The notes under the pieces: model-generated
What the model was told of the DNA's origin: nothing
Seen by the model: the letters and a program-made list of their open reading frames with translations, nothing else
The model's database searches: none
Source: Synechococcus sp.
GTDB taxonomy: Bacteria; Cyanobacteriota; Cyanobacteriia; PCC-6307; Cyanobiaceae
Assembly (NCBI GenBank): GCA_047285805.1
Contig: JBJBCN010000003.1
Location: 320,001-384,000, forward strand
Length of the DNA: 64,000 bases
Direction: 5' to 3'
In this document: in pieces, positions 42,340 through 52,985 of the stretch
Layout of the letters: every line of letters starts with the position of its first letter
Numbering within the stretch: position 1 is the stretch's first letter
Position numbers and translations under genes: made by a program

Positions 42340-44165
42340 GAAGCCGCCTGTTGCTGCTCAAGCATGGCTAGCTCTCGGAAGCTCTCAGACCGCTCCTTCA
42401 GTTCGGTGTAGCTGCCGTAGGCCTTCACGCTGCCGTTATAGAACTCGTAGATGCGATCGCACCGCTGAACCGTACTGAGCCTGTGGGCGATGACGACCGT
42501 GGTGCAACGGCGTCCGATCACCTCGAGGGCTTCGATCACCTCTGACTCCGTGCGGTTATCCAAGGCGCTTGTGGCCTCATCAAGAACCAAGAAGCTGGCC
42601 TGCCGGTAGAAGGCCCTCGCAAGGGCAAGACGTTGCCGCTGGCCGCCGGAGAGGCGCAAACCATTCTCCCCCACCTGGGTATGCAGCCCATAGGGAAGTT
42701 CAGCCACAAAGTCTTGGAGCTGTGCCGCCTCTAAGGCTTCCCAAACCCTGTCGGACTTGACCTGATCAATCGGCTCACCAAATGCGACGTTCTCGAGAAC
42801 ACTGCCGTTGAGCAAATTGATCGACTGGGGAACTTGGGCGCAGTTGGCCTGCCAGGCAGGAACATCTAGACCTTCGACTGGGATCCCATCGAGGTCCAAA
42901 GCTCCGCGATTGGGATGCAGCAATCCCAAGAGGATGTTTGCGGTTGTGGTTTTGCCGCTACCGGTGCTGCCGACCAGAGCAATGCGCGAGCCGACCGGAA
43001 TCGACAGGTTGACTCCCTTGAGCACCCAGTCATCGGAGTGGGGGTAGCGGTACCAGACGTCGTGCAGGCGAATGGTGTTCCGCGGAAACACACCTGCAGC
43101 AGAAGGCACACCGGGGGTGCGCTGGGTCGGCCGATCAGCTGACAAATCCAGCAATGCCAAAGCCCCATCCAGCAGAGGAAGCCCTCCTCTCAATTGGGTC
43201 AAGGAGCGAAACGCATCCTGCAGGGGTGGCGTTAGGCGAAGGGCCGCGACTGCGATGGTGGCCAGAAACGGAAGTATCGCCCTGACTTCGTTCTGATTGC
43301 CACTCAGGAGAGCGGGCAGGGCTCCGACCGCAAAAATCATGGTGATCCCGAAGGGCTCGATCAAGCCGCGGGGCAGATCTGGGAGCCACTCGGTCAACCA
43401 GGCGTAGCGGCGCGCCTTCTCTCCAGAAACTTGAAATTGACGCTCAAAGTAAGGCTCAGATCCGCTGAGTTGGATATCGCGAATCGACCCAAGTGACTCA
43501 AACAGGATATTCGTGGATTCCGCCTCAAGACGCATCTTTTGACGGAAGCCATGGCGCAGTCTGGGGGTCACGCTGCCGGAGATGACGCTGTAGGCTAAAA
43601 CCAAGCTGACGACTAGAACAACAGCAAGCCAACGACCGACGAACAAAATGCCGATCGACAAGAGCACGATCGACACAGATGCACTAAGGATTTGCAGAAT
43701 CGGCGTGACAACATTGATCGCAACACGATTGAGGTTGCTCAGTAACTGAGAACTCAGATCAGCCGTACTTTTGCCGAGGTGATATTCAAAGGGCTGCTGA
43801 AGCAGTCTGGAGTGGACCTCATTCGAGATATCTCTCCAAATTCCAGCCGAAAGACGTTGCTGAAAAAACTTCAGCGAAATCTTGGACAGTGAGGCACCCC
43901 AAGCCAAGAGAATGAAGACCAGGATCATCCAGACGCTCTGGTTGATGCTGTCTCCGCCAAAGACATGAATCCCTGGCAGCCGATCCTCAAGATCGGAGTC
44001 CACCAAAGAACCCGTCAGACGGGCGATCACCGCGACGGAGGCCAAATCGATCACGCCGGGGACCACCGAGAGGGGCACCAACATCCACAACGCCGAACGC
44101 CGCCGCCGCGGCAGGTGATTCAGCAGGTGGCGTAGCTGATCGAGGGTTCGGCTGCGCATGGCCAC
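42336..44165 (-). CDS. ABC transporter permease/ATPase fusion (PglK/HepA-like glycan exporter)
   Basis: N-terminal TMD; Walker A GSTGSGKT, LSGGQRQR, LDEATSALD, IAHRL; co-oriented with upstream GT. Confidence 0.88.
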   Translation of the reverse strand: MAMRSRTLDQLRHLLNHLPRRRRSALWMLVPLSVVPGVIDLASVAVIARLTGSLVDSDLEDRLPGIHVFGGDSINQSVWMILVFILLAWGASLSKISLKFFQQRLSAGIWRDISNEVHSRLLQQPFEYHLGKSTADLSSQLLSNLNRVAINVVTPILQILSASVSIVLLSIGILFVGRWLAVVLVVSLVLAYSVISGSVTPRLRHGFRQKMRLEAESTNILFESLGSIRDIQLSGSEPYFERQFQVSGEKARRYAWLTEWLPDLPRGLIEPFGITMIFAVGALPALLSGNQNEVRAILPFLATIAVAALRLTPPLQDAFRSLTQLRGGLPLLDGALALLDLSADRPTQRTPGVPSAAGVFPRNTIRLHDVWYRYPHSDDWVLKGVNLSIPVGSRIALVGSTGSGKTTTANILLGLLHPNRGALDLDGIPVEGLDVPAWQANCAQVPQSINLLNGSVLENVAFGEPIDQVKSDRVWEALEAAQLQDFVAELPYGLHTQVGENGLRLSGGQRQRLALARAFYRQASFLVLDEATSALDNRTESEVIEALEVIGRRCTTVVIAHRLSTVQRCDRIYEFYNGSVKAYGSYTELKERSESFRELAMLEQQQAAS

Positions 44166-44188
44166 AAACTATGGCTCTGAGCCAGGTG

Positions 44189-45226
44189 CTACGGCTTCAA
44201 ACGGCCAGCCAGCGAACCGATTGGCCTGAGTTTTGTTTTCAGCTGAAGCCACCACCGTGCTTGAGCCTTCAGCGCAGGTTCCCCAGCAAGAATCCGGTCC
44301 CAGTGCTGATTGACCGCCTCGAGCGCCTGCCGCCAACGCGTCAGGAGCTCCGCCTCGCTGGCCGATGCCAAAAGAGCTGTCAGAGCTGCTTGATCGGGTC
44401 TCCATGCTGCGGGATCTCGAACCGCAGCGCTGATCGCCTCGAGATCTGCCGCCAACGTGCCCGATCCCAGCTGGTGCCCTATTCGTCCTGGATCCAAGGT
44501 GTCGGCCAATGCGTGGTTGAAGCTGCTGAACACCACGCAGCCGCAGGCAAGGGCCTCTAAGGGGGGTAGACCAAAACCCTCAGTGACTCCGCGACCGCGC
44601 CAGTAGTCCGCCGAGTCATAGAGCACCACCTTGGCGTTGTTGAAGAGATCCACCAGGTCATCGACCCATCCAGACTGAACCTCAACACGGAAGCCCCGGG
44701 CCTGCAACGCGGGAACCAACTGCTTCAGGACATAGGCGCTGTTCTTACGCAGCTGGACAAGGACATCGATGCTGCGCTCGCCCGCTCCATTGCGCTGTCC
44801 CCGCTGGAGCCATTCGGGGCTGAGGGCATTGGGGACCAGCCAAAGCGGATTGCGAGGTACCCGATCACCCCAGTACCCCAGGGTGTTGCGACTCACCGCC
44901 AGGACAGGCACGCCAGGAGACAGCGAAAAGCCATAGCCACTGCTGTGGGCGTGATAAGCACAGGCACGGCCTTTGAGTTGCCGCAGCAACCAAGGAACGT
45001 CAAAACCCCAGCTCACGATCCACAGGGCGGGACTGACTCCGCCTGGAAGGGGGTCATCGCGCAACAAATCTGGCAAAAAGGGACGACCGTCCTCTCGCTG
45101 GCGATACGTCACCACTTCAACCGGACACAGACCTGACAACATCCGGGCGGTTTGAAGCTCAACTAAGAGCCCTCCGCAACGAAAGCGACCCGTCGTCCCG
45201 GGAACTAAGAAGCGAAGGGGGCGCAA
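44189..45226 (-). CDS. Glycosyltransferase (GT4-like)
   Basis: CGGL, TEGFGLPPLEALACG. Confidence 0.85.
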   Translation of the reverse strand: MRPLRFLVPGTTGRFRCGGLLVELQTARMLSGLCPVEVVTYRQREDGRPFLPDLLRDDPLPGGVSPALWIVSWGFDVPWLLRQLKGRACAYHAHSSGYGFSLSPGVPVLAVSRNTLGYWGDRVPRNPLWLVPNALSPEWLQRGQRNGAGERSIDVLVQLRKNSAYVLKQLVPALQARGFRVEVQSGWVDDLVDLFNNAKVVLYDSADYWRGRGVTEGFGLPPLEALACGCVVFSSFNHALADTLDPGRIGHQLGSGTLAADLEAISAAVRDPAAWRPDQAALTALLASASEAELLTRWRQALEAVNQHWDRILAGEPALKAQARWWLQLKTKLRPIGSLAGRLKP

Positions 45227-45236
45227 ATCGAAGCGA

Positions 45237-45950
45237 CTAGGCGGCCACAGTCTCCGTGCTGCCGGTGCGCTGACGACGTGTCAGGAAGCCGAAGAGCACC
45301 TTGCCGATAGCAGCAACGAGGTTGCCCTCCAGCTCCTTGAACATATTCATGTTCAGATGGAACGCCTCATTGGCCTCCTCAACGATCCGATCGGCCATGG
45401 GTTGATCGATCGGCAGGGTGTCCATGGCGGAGCGATAGGTGCCCTTGAAGGCCTTCTCGTCTGAGATGGCATCGAACTCATAGAAGTGGAGACCGTCATC
45501 CCCAACGAGGTTCATCGCCTTCTGGGCGATGTTCTTGAGGATCTGACCACCGGAGAGGTCGCCGAGGTAGCGGGTGTAGTGGTGACCGACAAGCAACTCG
45601 GGTGAGTCCTTAGCCACCTGATGAATGCGCTCGACGTAGACGGTGGCCGAAGGTGACGGCTGAATGTTCTGCTTCCACTCTGCACCGAAGTAATAAGCAA
45701 GGTCCTTCTCAAGGGCCTCACGGCGGTTCAGCTGTTCAAAAGCGATTGGGGCGAGGACCGGGTTGTCTTTCAAGCGGGCGAACTCGTCCTCCATGGCCCC
45801 GTAGACGAAGTAGAGGTCAGCCACCAGCTTGCGGTAGCTCGCCTTGTCCACGACGCCCTTGAGGAAGCAGCTCACGAACCCGGTGTTCTCCGCCATGGTG
45901 TGGGATTTCTTAGTCCCTTCACGCAACTGGGCAGCAAGAGCGACAGACAT
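45237..45950 (-). CDS. ho1: Heme oxygenase (biliverdin-producing)
   Basis: MSVALAAQLREGTKKSHTMAEN, HHYTRYLGDLSGGQILK; ATG 45950 preferred to ORF-track start 46190. Confidence 0.96.
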   Translation of the reverse strand: MSVALAAQLREGTKKSHTMAENTGFVSCFLKGVVDKASYRKLVADLYFVYGAMEDEFARLKDNPVLAPIAFEQLNRREALEKDLAYYFGAEWKQNIQPSPSATVYVERIHQVAKDSPELLVGHHYTRYLGDLSGGQILKNIAQKAMNLVGDDGLHFYEFDAISDEKAFKGTYRSAMDTLPIDQPMADRIVEEANEAFHLNMNMFKELEGNLVAAIGKVLFGFLTRRQRTGSTETVAA

Positions 45951-46041
45951 GTCCTTGAAATCGTGGTCGTGCCGTGGAGCACGGTCAGGAGAATCAAAGT
46001 AAGGGGAAGGTTGACGTGGATGAGCACAAGGTTGCGAAGGG

Positions 46042-46485
46042 TTACGCCACGTCGGCTTCGCTTGCTCCTGGCTCAAAGAGGTAAAAGAGCTCAACGCAGA
46101 ACTGCTTGAGCTTGAGGGCAACGGACTCAACCGGCGGATGGGTCCCGGAGGGGAGCCACTCCCCCAGGGTGGTGAGCCTCCAACGTTCACTCTCGTAGGT
46201 CAAACCTCGAATGGTGACCCCCAGAAGTCTTGGTTTGGCCTCCGTCACCCGACCCGAAAGGCTCAGCTGGAGCAAGAACGAGCGGCACTGGCTGCGGGGG
46301 CTCCAGCCGGGTAGATGGAACGACAGATCAAGGGTCTGCTGGTCCTCAAAGGCGCGGGTTTGGGGGTCATCCCGCCAAGGCCGCAAATTAGGCCGTGCAT
46401 CAGGGAAGTGATGGCGAAACAACGCGGCAACAGCAGCGATCAGCTGAGCGAGCTCCAGCGATCGAGCCTGGTCGCCTGCATTCAT
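46042..46485 (-). CDS. Conserved cyanobacterial hypothetical protein
   Basis: 147 aa ATG ORF filling the ho1-icd gap; NLRPWRDDP, LDLSFHLPGWSP motifs. Confidence 0.7.
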   Translation of the reverse strand: MNAGDQARSLELAQLIAAVAALFRHHFPDARPNLRPWRDDPQTRAFEDQQTLDLSFHLPGWSPRSQCRSFLLQLSLSGRVTEAKPRLLGVTIRGLTYESERWRLTTLGEWLPSGTHPPVESVALKLKQFCVELFYLFEPGASEADVA

Positions 46486-46523
46486 GCGTGCCTCCGGCTG
46501 CAGAACCCTGTTTGGCCAAAACC

Positions 46524-46529
46524 TAGGCT
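46524..46529 (+). promoter_or_regulatory. Candidate -10 element for icd
   Basis: TAGGCT (TANNNT) ~25 nt upstream of the icd ATG. Confidence 0.3.
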
Positions 46530-46553
46530 CATCTTCAGTGTTTTGCCGCAGCC

Positions 46554-47984
<1,431 letters not shown>

Positions 47985-47991
47985 ACATTAA

Positions 47992-48019
47992 AAAGCCCGG
48001 TCCTGACAGGCCGGGCTTT
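47992..48019. terminator. Probable bidirectional intrinsic terminator between icd and the convergent sxtIJK-like operon
   Basis: AAAGCCCGG-TCCTGACAGG-CCGGGCTTT inverted repeat with A-run on the left and T-run on the right, just after the icd stop. Confidence 0.8.
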
Positions 48020-48043
48020 CGATAGTGGAGCAAGGGGAAAGCT

Positions 48044-48205
48044 CTAGAAGATTGAATAGATAAAGGGTGCAACAACAGATCCCTGGGTGAACACCAACAG
48101 AGCTCCCATCAGAACAATTGTGATGATCAGAGGAGCTAGCCAATACTTCTTCCGGACCTTTAGGAAGTCAAAGACGTCGTTGAGCAGATCAAGAAATGGT
48201 CCCAT
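48044..48205 (-). CDS. 53-aa membrane microprotein, SxtK/DUF5989-like; absent from ORF track
   Basis: Hand translation MGPFLDLLNDVFDFLKVRKKYWLAPLIITIVLMGALLVFTQGSVVAPFIYSIF*; starts 7 nt after the sxtJ-like stop. Confidence 0.88.
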   Translation of the reverse strand: MGPFLDLLNDVFDFLKVRKKYWLAPLIITIVLMGALLVFTQGSVVAPFIYSIF

Positions 48206-48212
48206 TGTGTAA

Positions 48213-48611
48213 TCAGAAGATACGGGTTAGATCGACAGACTTGTGCTTGGCCAGCTCGCGGTAGGACTCAAGCCCAGTACGCTTACGTTTTAAAGGATCG
48301 TAACCGGTCAAACGCATCACGTAGGCGATTGGTTGAAGCACAAAGACGAAGACCGCTCCAAGAATCAAGTGACTGTTAATCCAGCCCAAGATGTGACCAA
48401 GCTTCATCCAGCCTTGGTAAGGCCATTGAAGTGCTCGGGGAGCAAGCACAGCTAAAGCCAGACTGGGCACTCCGATCAGAAAAGGCCAAAGAGGTTGGTA
48501 ATGGCCTTTAAGAGCCGGGATTAACCAACCAAAGACAACAGGAAAGACGATTCCAAGCAGAATTCCGAACTCACGGAGCTGTTTCTTGGATGGATGCGAT
48601 GACTGAGACAT
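48213..48611 (-). CDS. SxtJ family membrane protein
   Basis: QLREFG, LAPRALQWPYQGWMKLGHILGWINS, GYDPLK; directly downstream of carbamoyltransferase. Confidence 0.85.
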   Translation of the reverse strand: MSQSSHPSKKQLREFGILLGIVFPVVFGWLIPALKGHYQPLWPFLIGVPSLALAVLAPRALQWPYQGWMKLGHILGWINSHLILGAVFVFVLQPIAYVMRLTGYDPLKRKRTGLESYRELAKHKSVDLTRIF

Positions 48612-48613
48612 GA

Positions 48614-50449
48614 TTAATCGAGCTCAAACTCCTGTTTCCAACTTTCGTCAGCCTCCTCTTGCGGCTGCTCTTCCTTCAACAACAACTGATTTTGAAGCAC
48701 CAACACATCCATCTCCGTCCGCATAAAACAGCGGTAAGCATCCTGGGGATTACAAACGATGGGCTCACCACGAACGTTGAAGGATGTATTCACTAGGGTC
48801 GGACAACCCGTTCTACGCTGGAAGGACTTGATCAGATTGAAGTAGCGAGGATTGGTTCGATCCGAAACAGTCTGGACGCGTGCTGAGTAATCGACATGCG
48901 TAATGGCTGGCAGAGATGAACGCGGAACATTGAGTTTTTCAATTCCAAAAAGCTTTTCCTGTTCTGCTGTCATGGACTGGCAAAGCTCTTTCTTCACCGG
49001 CGCAACCAAAAGCATGTAAGGGCTTTTGGCATTGAGCTCAAACTGATTCGAGACTTCCTGTTCAAGAACTGATGGAGCAAAAGGGCGGAAGCTTTCGCGG
49101 TACTTAATTTTCAAGTTCATCACGCTCTGCATCTGCTGATTGCGCGGATCTCCGATGATTGAACGTGCACCTAGAGCACGCGGTCCAAATTCCATCCTGC
49201 CGTTGAACCAGCCAACCACTTTTCCTTGGTCCAAAAGCTCGGCCAACCGATCAAAGAGGAGCGGGTCCTCAAGGGCATGGAATGGAGCCTTGATACTGGT
49301 GAGGTAATCGCGGATTTCGGAATTCGAAAAGGCCGGACCCAGATAAGTCCCCTTCATTGCATCGCCAGCTACCGGTTGGCGGCTGGCTTTGAAGTGCTGG
49401 TGCCAAGCCACCAGTGCAGCACCAAGGGCTGAGCCGGCATCGCCACTGGCCGGCTGAATCCAGACCTGATCAAAGATGCCCTCTCGGAGCAACTTCCCAT
49501 TCGCCACGCAATTGAGTGCAACACCTCCTGACAAACAAAGAACTGTCGCGCCCGTTTCCTGCTGGAGGGCCTGGGCCAACTTTATAACAACCTCTTCAGT
49601 GACCACCTGAATGGAGGCAGCCAAGTCCATATGGAATTGACTGAGCTCAGTTTCTCCTCTGCGCGGGGGGCGACCAAACAATTTGTGGAACTTGCGGCCG
49701 GTCATACGAAAGCCGCGATGAAACTTGAAGTAACTCAGATCGAGACGGAATGTCCCATCTGGCTTTATATCAATCAGGCGGGATTTTATTTGATCGACAT
49801 AACGCGGCTTACCGTAGGGAGCCAAGCCCATTAACTTGTACTCACCTGAATTAACCTTGAAGCCGCAGTAGTAGGTAAACGCCGAGTAGAGCAGCCCCAA
49901 CGAGTGGGGGAAATTGATCTCCCATAGTGGACTGAGTTCGGAGCCATCACCCAGCCATGCCGAAGTAGTCGCCCATTCACCGACACCATCCATGCAGAGG
50001 ACTGCCGCCTTCTCAAACGGGCTGGGATAAAAAGCTGCTCCAGCATGGGAAAGGTGGTGCTCACTGAAGAGCAGCTCGGGCTGCTTGGCATCAGGCTCAC
50101 CGAGGGCCGCCACTTGTTTTTTCAGCTCAGTCTTGAGAAAGAGCTTTTGTTTCAACCAGATCTGCATCGCGGCCACAAACGAGCGCCCGCCGCGGGGAGC
50201 CGCACCCAAATAGGTCTCAAGCAAGCGCTCAAACGTCAGCAGTGGCTTTTCGTAGTAGACGACTGCCGCGATATCGCTCAGCTTCAGACCCTGAGACTCC
50301 AGGCAATAACGAGCTGCTGAAGCAGGAAAGGAGGAATCGTGCTTTTTTCGGGTGAAGCGCTCTTCTTGGGCGGCTGCAACAACTTCGCCATCAACTAGCA
50401 GGGCAGCGGCACTGTCGTGGTAGTAAGCGGAAATTCCCAGGATGCGCAT
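48614..50449 (-). CDS. O-carbamoyltransferase (NodU/CmcH/SxtI family)
   Basis: MRILGISAYYHDSAA, AQEERFTRKKHD, EHHLSHA, GEYKLMGLAPYG, GGVALNC, EFGPRALG, KYRESFRPFAP, NTSFN; ATG 50449 preferred. Confidence 0.95.
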   Translation of the reverse strand: MRILGISAYYHDSAAALLVDGEVVAAAQEERFTRKKHDSSFPASAARYCLESQGLKLSDIAAVVYYEKPLLTFERLLETYLGAAPRGGRSFVAAMQIWLKQKLFLKTELKKQVAALGEPDAKQPELLFSEHHLSHAGAAFYPSPFEKAAVLCMDGVGEWATTSAWLGDGSELSPLWEINFPHSLGLLYSAFTYYCGFKVNSGEYKLMGLAPYGKPRYVDQIKSRLIDIKPDGTFRLDLSYFKFHRGFRMTGRKFHKLFGRPPRRGETELSQFHMDLAASIQVVTEEVVIKLAQALQQETGATVLCLSGGVALNCVANGKLLREGIFDQVWIQPASGDAGSALGAALVAWHQHFKASRQPVAGDAMKGTYLGPAFSNSEIRDYLTSIKAPFHALEDPLLFDRLAELLDQGKVVGWFNGRMEFGPRALGARSIIGDPRNQQMQSVMNLKIKYRESFRPFAPSVLEQEVSNQFELNAKSPYMLLVAPVKKELCQSMTAEQEKLFGIEKLNVPRSSLPAITHVDYSARVQTVSDRTNPRYFNLIKSFQRRTGCPTLVNTSFNVRGEPIVCNPQDAYRCFMRTEMDVLVLQNQLLLKEEQPQEEADESWKQEFELD

Positions 50450-50527
50450 GGGTTGATCAAAACTCCGCCCGCCAAATCCTGTCATGAAGCAGCCACCTCT
50501 AGGTCGTTGGAGGGCAAAGTACGTGGC

Positions 50528-51826
50528 ATGGCCGAGCCCCTGATCCACAGCACCGATCCCTGCGTTCACTGCGGGTTTTGCCTGCCCACCTGTGCCAGCT
50601 ACCGGGTCCTCGGTAATGAAATGGACTCCCCACGCGGGCGGATCCACACCCTCAAAGCAATTGAACGCGGAGAGATCGCGTTCGATCCCACGGTGGCCTC
50701 ACATTTCGACACCTGCCTGGGCTGCCTCGCCTGCGTCAGCGCCTGTCCATCGGGAGTGCGCTACGACGAACTGATCCAAGCAACCCGGCCCAAGCTGAAC
50801 GCTCCGGAACTCAGAAGTCCATGGCAGCGGAGTTTCCGGAAGCTGTTGTTCTCCCTATTGCCGTACCCCAACCGGCTGCGGCCACTGCTCTTGCTGCTGC
50901 GGAGCTACAGCGGCTCTGGTCTTCAAAGGTGGGTCAGGCGCAACCGCCTGCTGCGCGTGCTGGGGCCAGAACTCGAAGCTATGGACAGATTGCTGCCAGA
51001 GCTGCCCAAGACCTCAGAAGCGGTGCCATTCCCCGCCGTCGTGGCTGCCCAAGGACCCAAACGAGGACGGGTGGCCTTGGTGCTTGGCTGCGTTCAACGG
51101 GTGTTTGACCCTGATGTGAACCAAGCCACCGTTGATGTTCTCAGCGCCAATGGCTTTGAAGTGGTCATCCCTCAGCAACAGGGCTGCTGTGGAGCGGCCA
51201 CCCATCACCAAGGAGAACTCGAGCAGACAAAAACCTTGGCGCGCGATCTGATTCAGGCGTTCAAGACAAGCGAACCCGTAGACGCCGTCCTGATAGCCGC
51301 CTCAGGCTGCGGCCACACCCTGAAGCAGTACGGCCAAATCCTCGCTGGAGAAGCCACGCCCTCCTTTGATGCACCCGTCAAAGACGTCCACGAATTCCTT
51401 AGCGAAGTGGGCCTGGCGCCCTCCTTTACAGAGCAACTCACGCCCCTGGCCCATGCCGATGGATCACCTGCCAGTGCCGAGCGACCGTTGGCGGTGGCCT
51501 TCCATGACGCCTGCCACATGATCCACGGGCAAGGGATCAAGGCCCAACCCAGACAGCTCCTGAAGGCCATCCCCCATCTCGCTCTCAAAGAAGCGTTTGA
51601 TGCAGGGGTCTGCTGCGGCAGCGCCGGCATCTACAACCTCGTGCAACCCGAGGCAGCCGCCGAATTGGGTCGAATGAAAGTCACTGATTTGGCGCAAACC
51701 GGGGCGAGCCTGGCCGCCAGCTCCAACATCGGCTGCACCCTTCAACTGCGTCAGCACGCCCCAGCAACGCTTCAAGTGCTGCACCCGATGCAGCTGCTCA
51801 GCCGCAGTTTTCGGGCAAGCCCTTGA
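50528..51826 (+). CDS. glcF: Glycolate oxidase iron-sulfur subunit
   Basis: CVHCGFCLPTC and CLGCLACVSAC Fe-S motifs, two CCG domains; ATG 50528 preferred. Confidence 0.9.
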   Translation: MAEPLIHSTDPCVHCGFCLPTCASYRVLGNEMDSPRGRIHTLKAIERGEIAFDPTVASHFDTCLGCLACVSACPSGVRYDELIQATRPKLNAPELRSPWQRSFRKLLFSLLPYPNRLRPLLLLLRSYSGSGLQRWVRRNRLLRVLGPELEAMDRLLPELPKTSEAVPFPAVVAAQGPKRGRVALVLGCVQRVFDPDVNQATVDVLSANGFEVVIPQQQGCCGAATHHQGELEQTKTLARDLIQAFKTSEPVDAVLIAASGCGHTLKQYGQILAGEATPSFDAPVKDVHEFLSEVGLAPSFTEQLTPLAHADGSPASAERPLAVAFHDACHMIHGQGIKAQPRQLLKAIPHLALKEAFDAGVCCGSAGIYNLVQPEAAAELGRMKVTDLAQTGASLAASSNIGCTLQLRQHAPATLQVLHPMQLLSRSFRASP

Positions 51827-52985
51827 GCTGTTTCAGCACCTGCCCCACCAACTGCTGAGGATGGGGCAATTGATCCATCCGCGGGCTGCCAACCGCCGAG
51901 GAGGTGCAGAGCTCCGCAATGGCCTGGGCGAAATCAGCCGCATCACCACTGCGATGGACCCGACCCCGCTCAGAGGGTTCCACGAGATCAACAGATGAAC
52001 CCACCTTGTCGCTGCAAATCACATTCAGCCCAAATTGCTGTGCCTCATTGACCACCAATCCCCAGGTCTCACCTTGAATCGAGGGCAGCACCAAGGTGTC
52101 CGCTAGGGCATAGAAACGTCCAAGTTGCTGCTGATTTTGAAAGCCCATCCCGCGCCAACGACCAGGGAGCACGTCCTCCAGCTCAGCCTCCAGAGCTGCT
52201 CGCAACTCGCCGTCGCCAACCACGACCACCACAATCAAATTCAATCGAGGGTCGGCTTTCAAGTGGGCCAGGGCCTGGGGCAAAAGCAAAGGATTTTTGA
52301 CCGGGCTGATCTTGCCGACATACAGCAACACATGGTCCCCGGGCTGAATCTGCAAGTCGCGCCGGAGTTGCTGACGCTGCGGCGTCCATTGGGCCACCTG
52401 TGACGCGAAGAAATCAACATCGACCGCATAGCGAGCCAGGCTCTGCTTCTCGAGGGGTATGCCTAAGCGCAGGTAGTGCTGCTGTGAGCGGGTGCCGATT
52501 GGGAAGACGTGGCTAAAGAGTCCATACCAATGCCTCAAGACCCGATCACGCAAGAAGCGCTTCAGCCCCGAGCGCTCGAGGGCATGGTCTGTCGTTTCAG
52601 CTCGCAGCCAAAGCGTCTGTTCTGCCTGGGCTAACAGCAGGGTGGTGAACTGAATGAACCGCGGGGAGTAGCTGAAGACCAACACCGAATCAGGCTGAAA
52701 CGCCTGAATCTGCGCGGCCGCCTGGCGGGCAATGGGCCAGGCACCGCTGGTGGAGCTCAAGGCCTGCAGGGGTGCCCTGCTGGCAAAGCTTGAGGGAAAG
52801 CCTTCGATCGGATTGCTATCCCAGGCAAACGTCACCCTGAAATCAGGGTCAGCGCTGGCCTGTAAACCGTGGTCACAGCCATAAACCACCAGAAACTCCA
52901 CCTCTGGGTCCGCAGCCAAGCCTTGAAAGATCGGCTTGAAGTACTGAATGGGATGGGTGACCAGCGCCGCGAGTCGACGCTTCAT
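51798..52985 (-). CDS. Glycosyltransferase family 4
   Basis: THPIQY, YVGK..VKN, ETWGLVVNEA; ATG 52985 overlaps upstream TAA (TAATG). Confidence 0.88.
   Translation of the reverse strand: MKRRLAALVTHPIQYFKPIFQGLAADPEVEFLVVYGCDHGLQASADPDFRVTFAWDSNPIEGFPSSFASRAPLQALSSTSGAWPIARQAAAQIQAFQPDSVLVFSYSPRFIQFTTLLLAQAEQTLWLRAETTDHALERSGLKRFLRDRVLRHWYGLFSHVFPIGTRSQQHYLRLGIPLEKQSLARYAVDVDFFASQVAQWTPQRQQLRRDLQIQPGDHVLLYVGKISPVKNPLLLPQALAHLKADPRLNLIVVVVVGDGELRAALEAELEDVLPGRWRGMGFQNQQQLGRFYALADTLVLPSIQGETWGLVVNEAQQFGLNVICSDKVGSSVDLVEPSERGRVHRSGDAADFAQAIAELCTSSAVGSPRMDQLPHPQQLVGQVLKQLKGLPENCG

Noticed and set aside
45951..46190. N-terminal extension of ho1 (likewise hisS to 36544, carbamoyltransferase to 50647, glcF from 50417)
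   Set aside because: Extensions overlap neighbouring genes and precede the family-typical starts; artefacts of longest-ORF calling.
48044..50449. Saxitoxin biosynthesis cluster
   Set aside because: Only sxtI/J/K-like genes are present; no sxtA, sxtG, sxtB or other core genes in the window, and the context is glycan-related.
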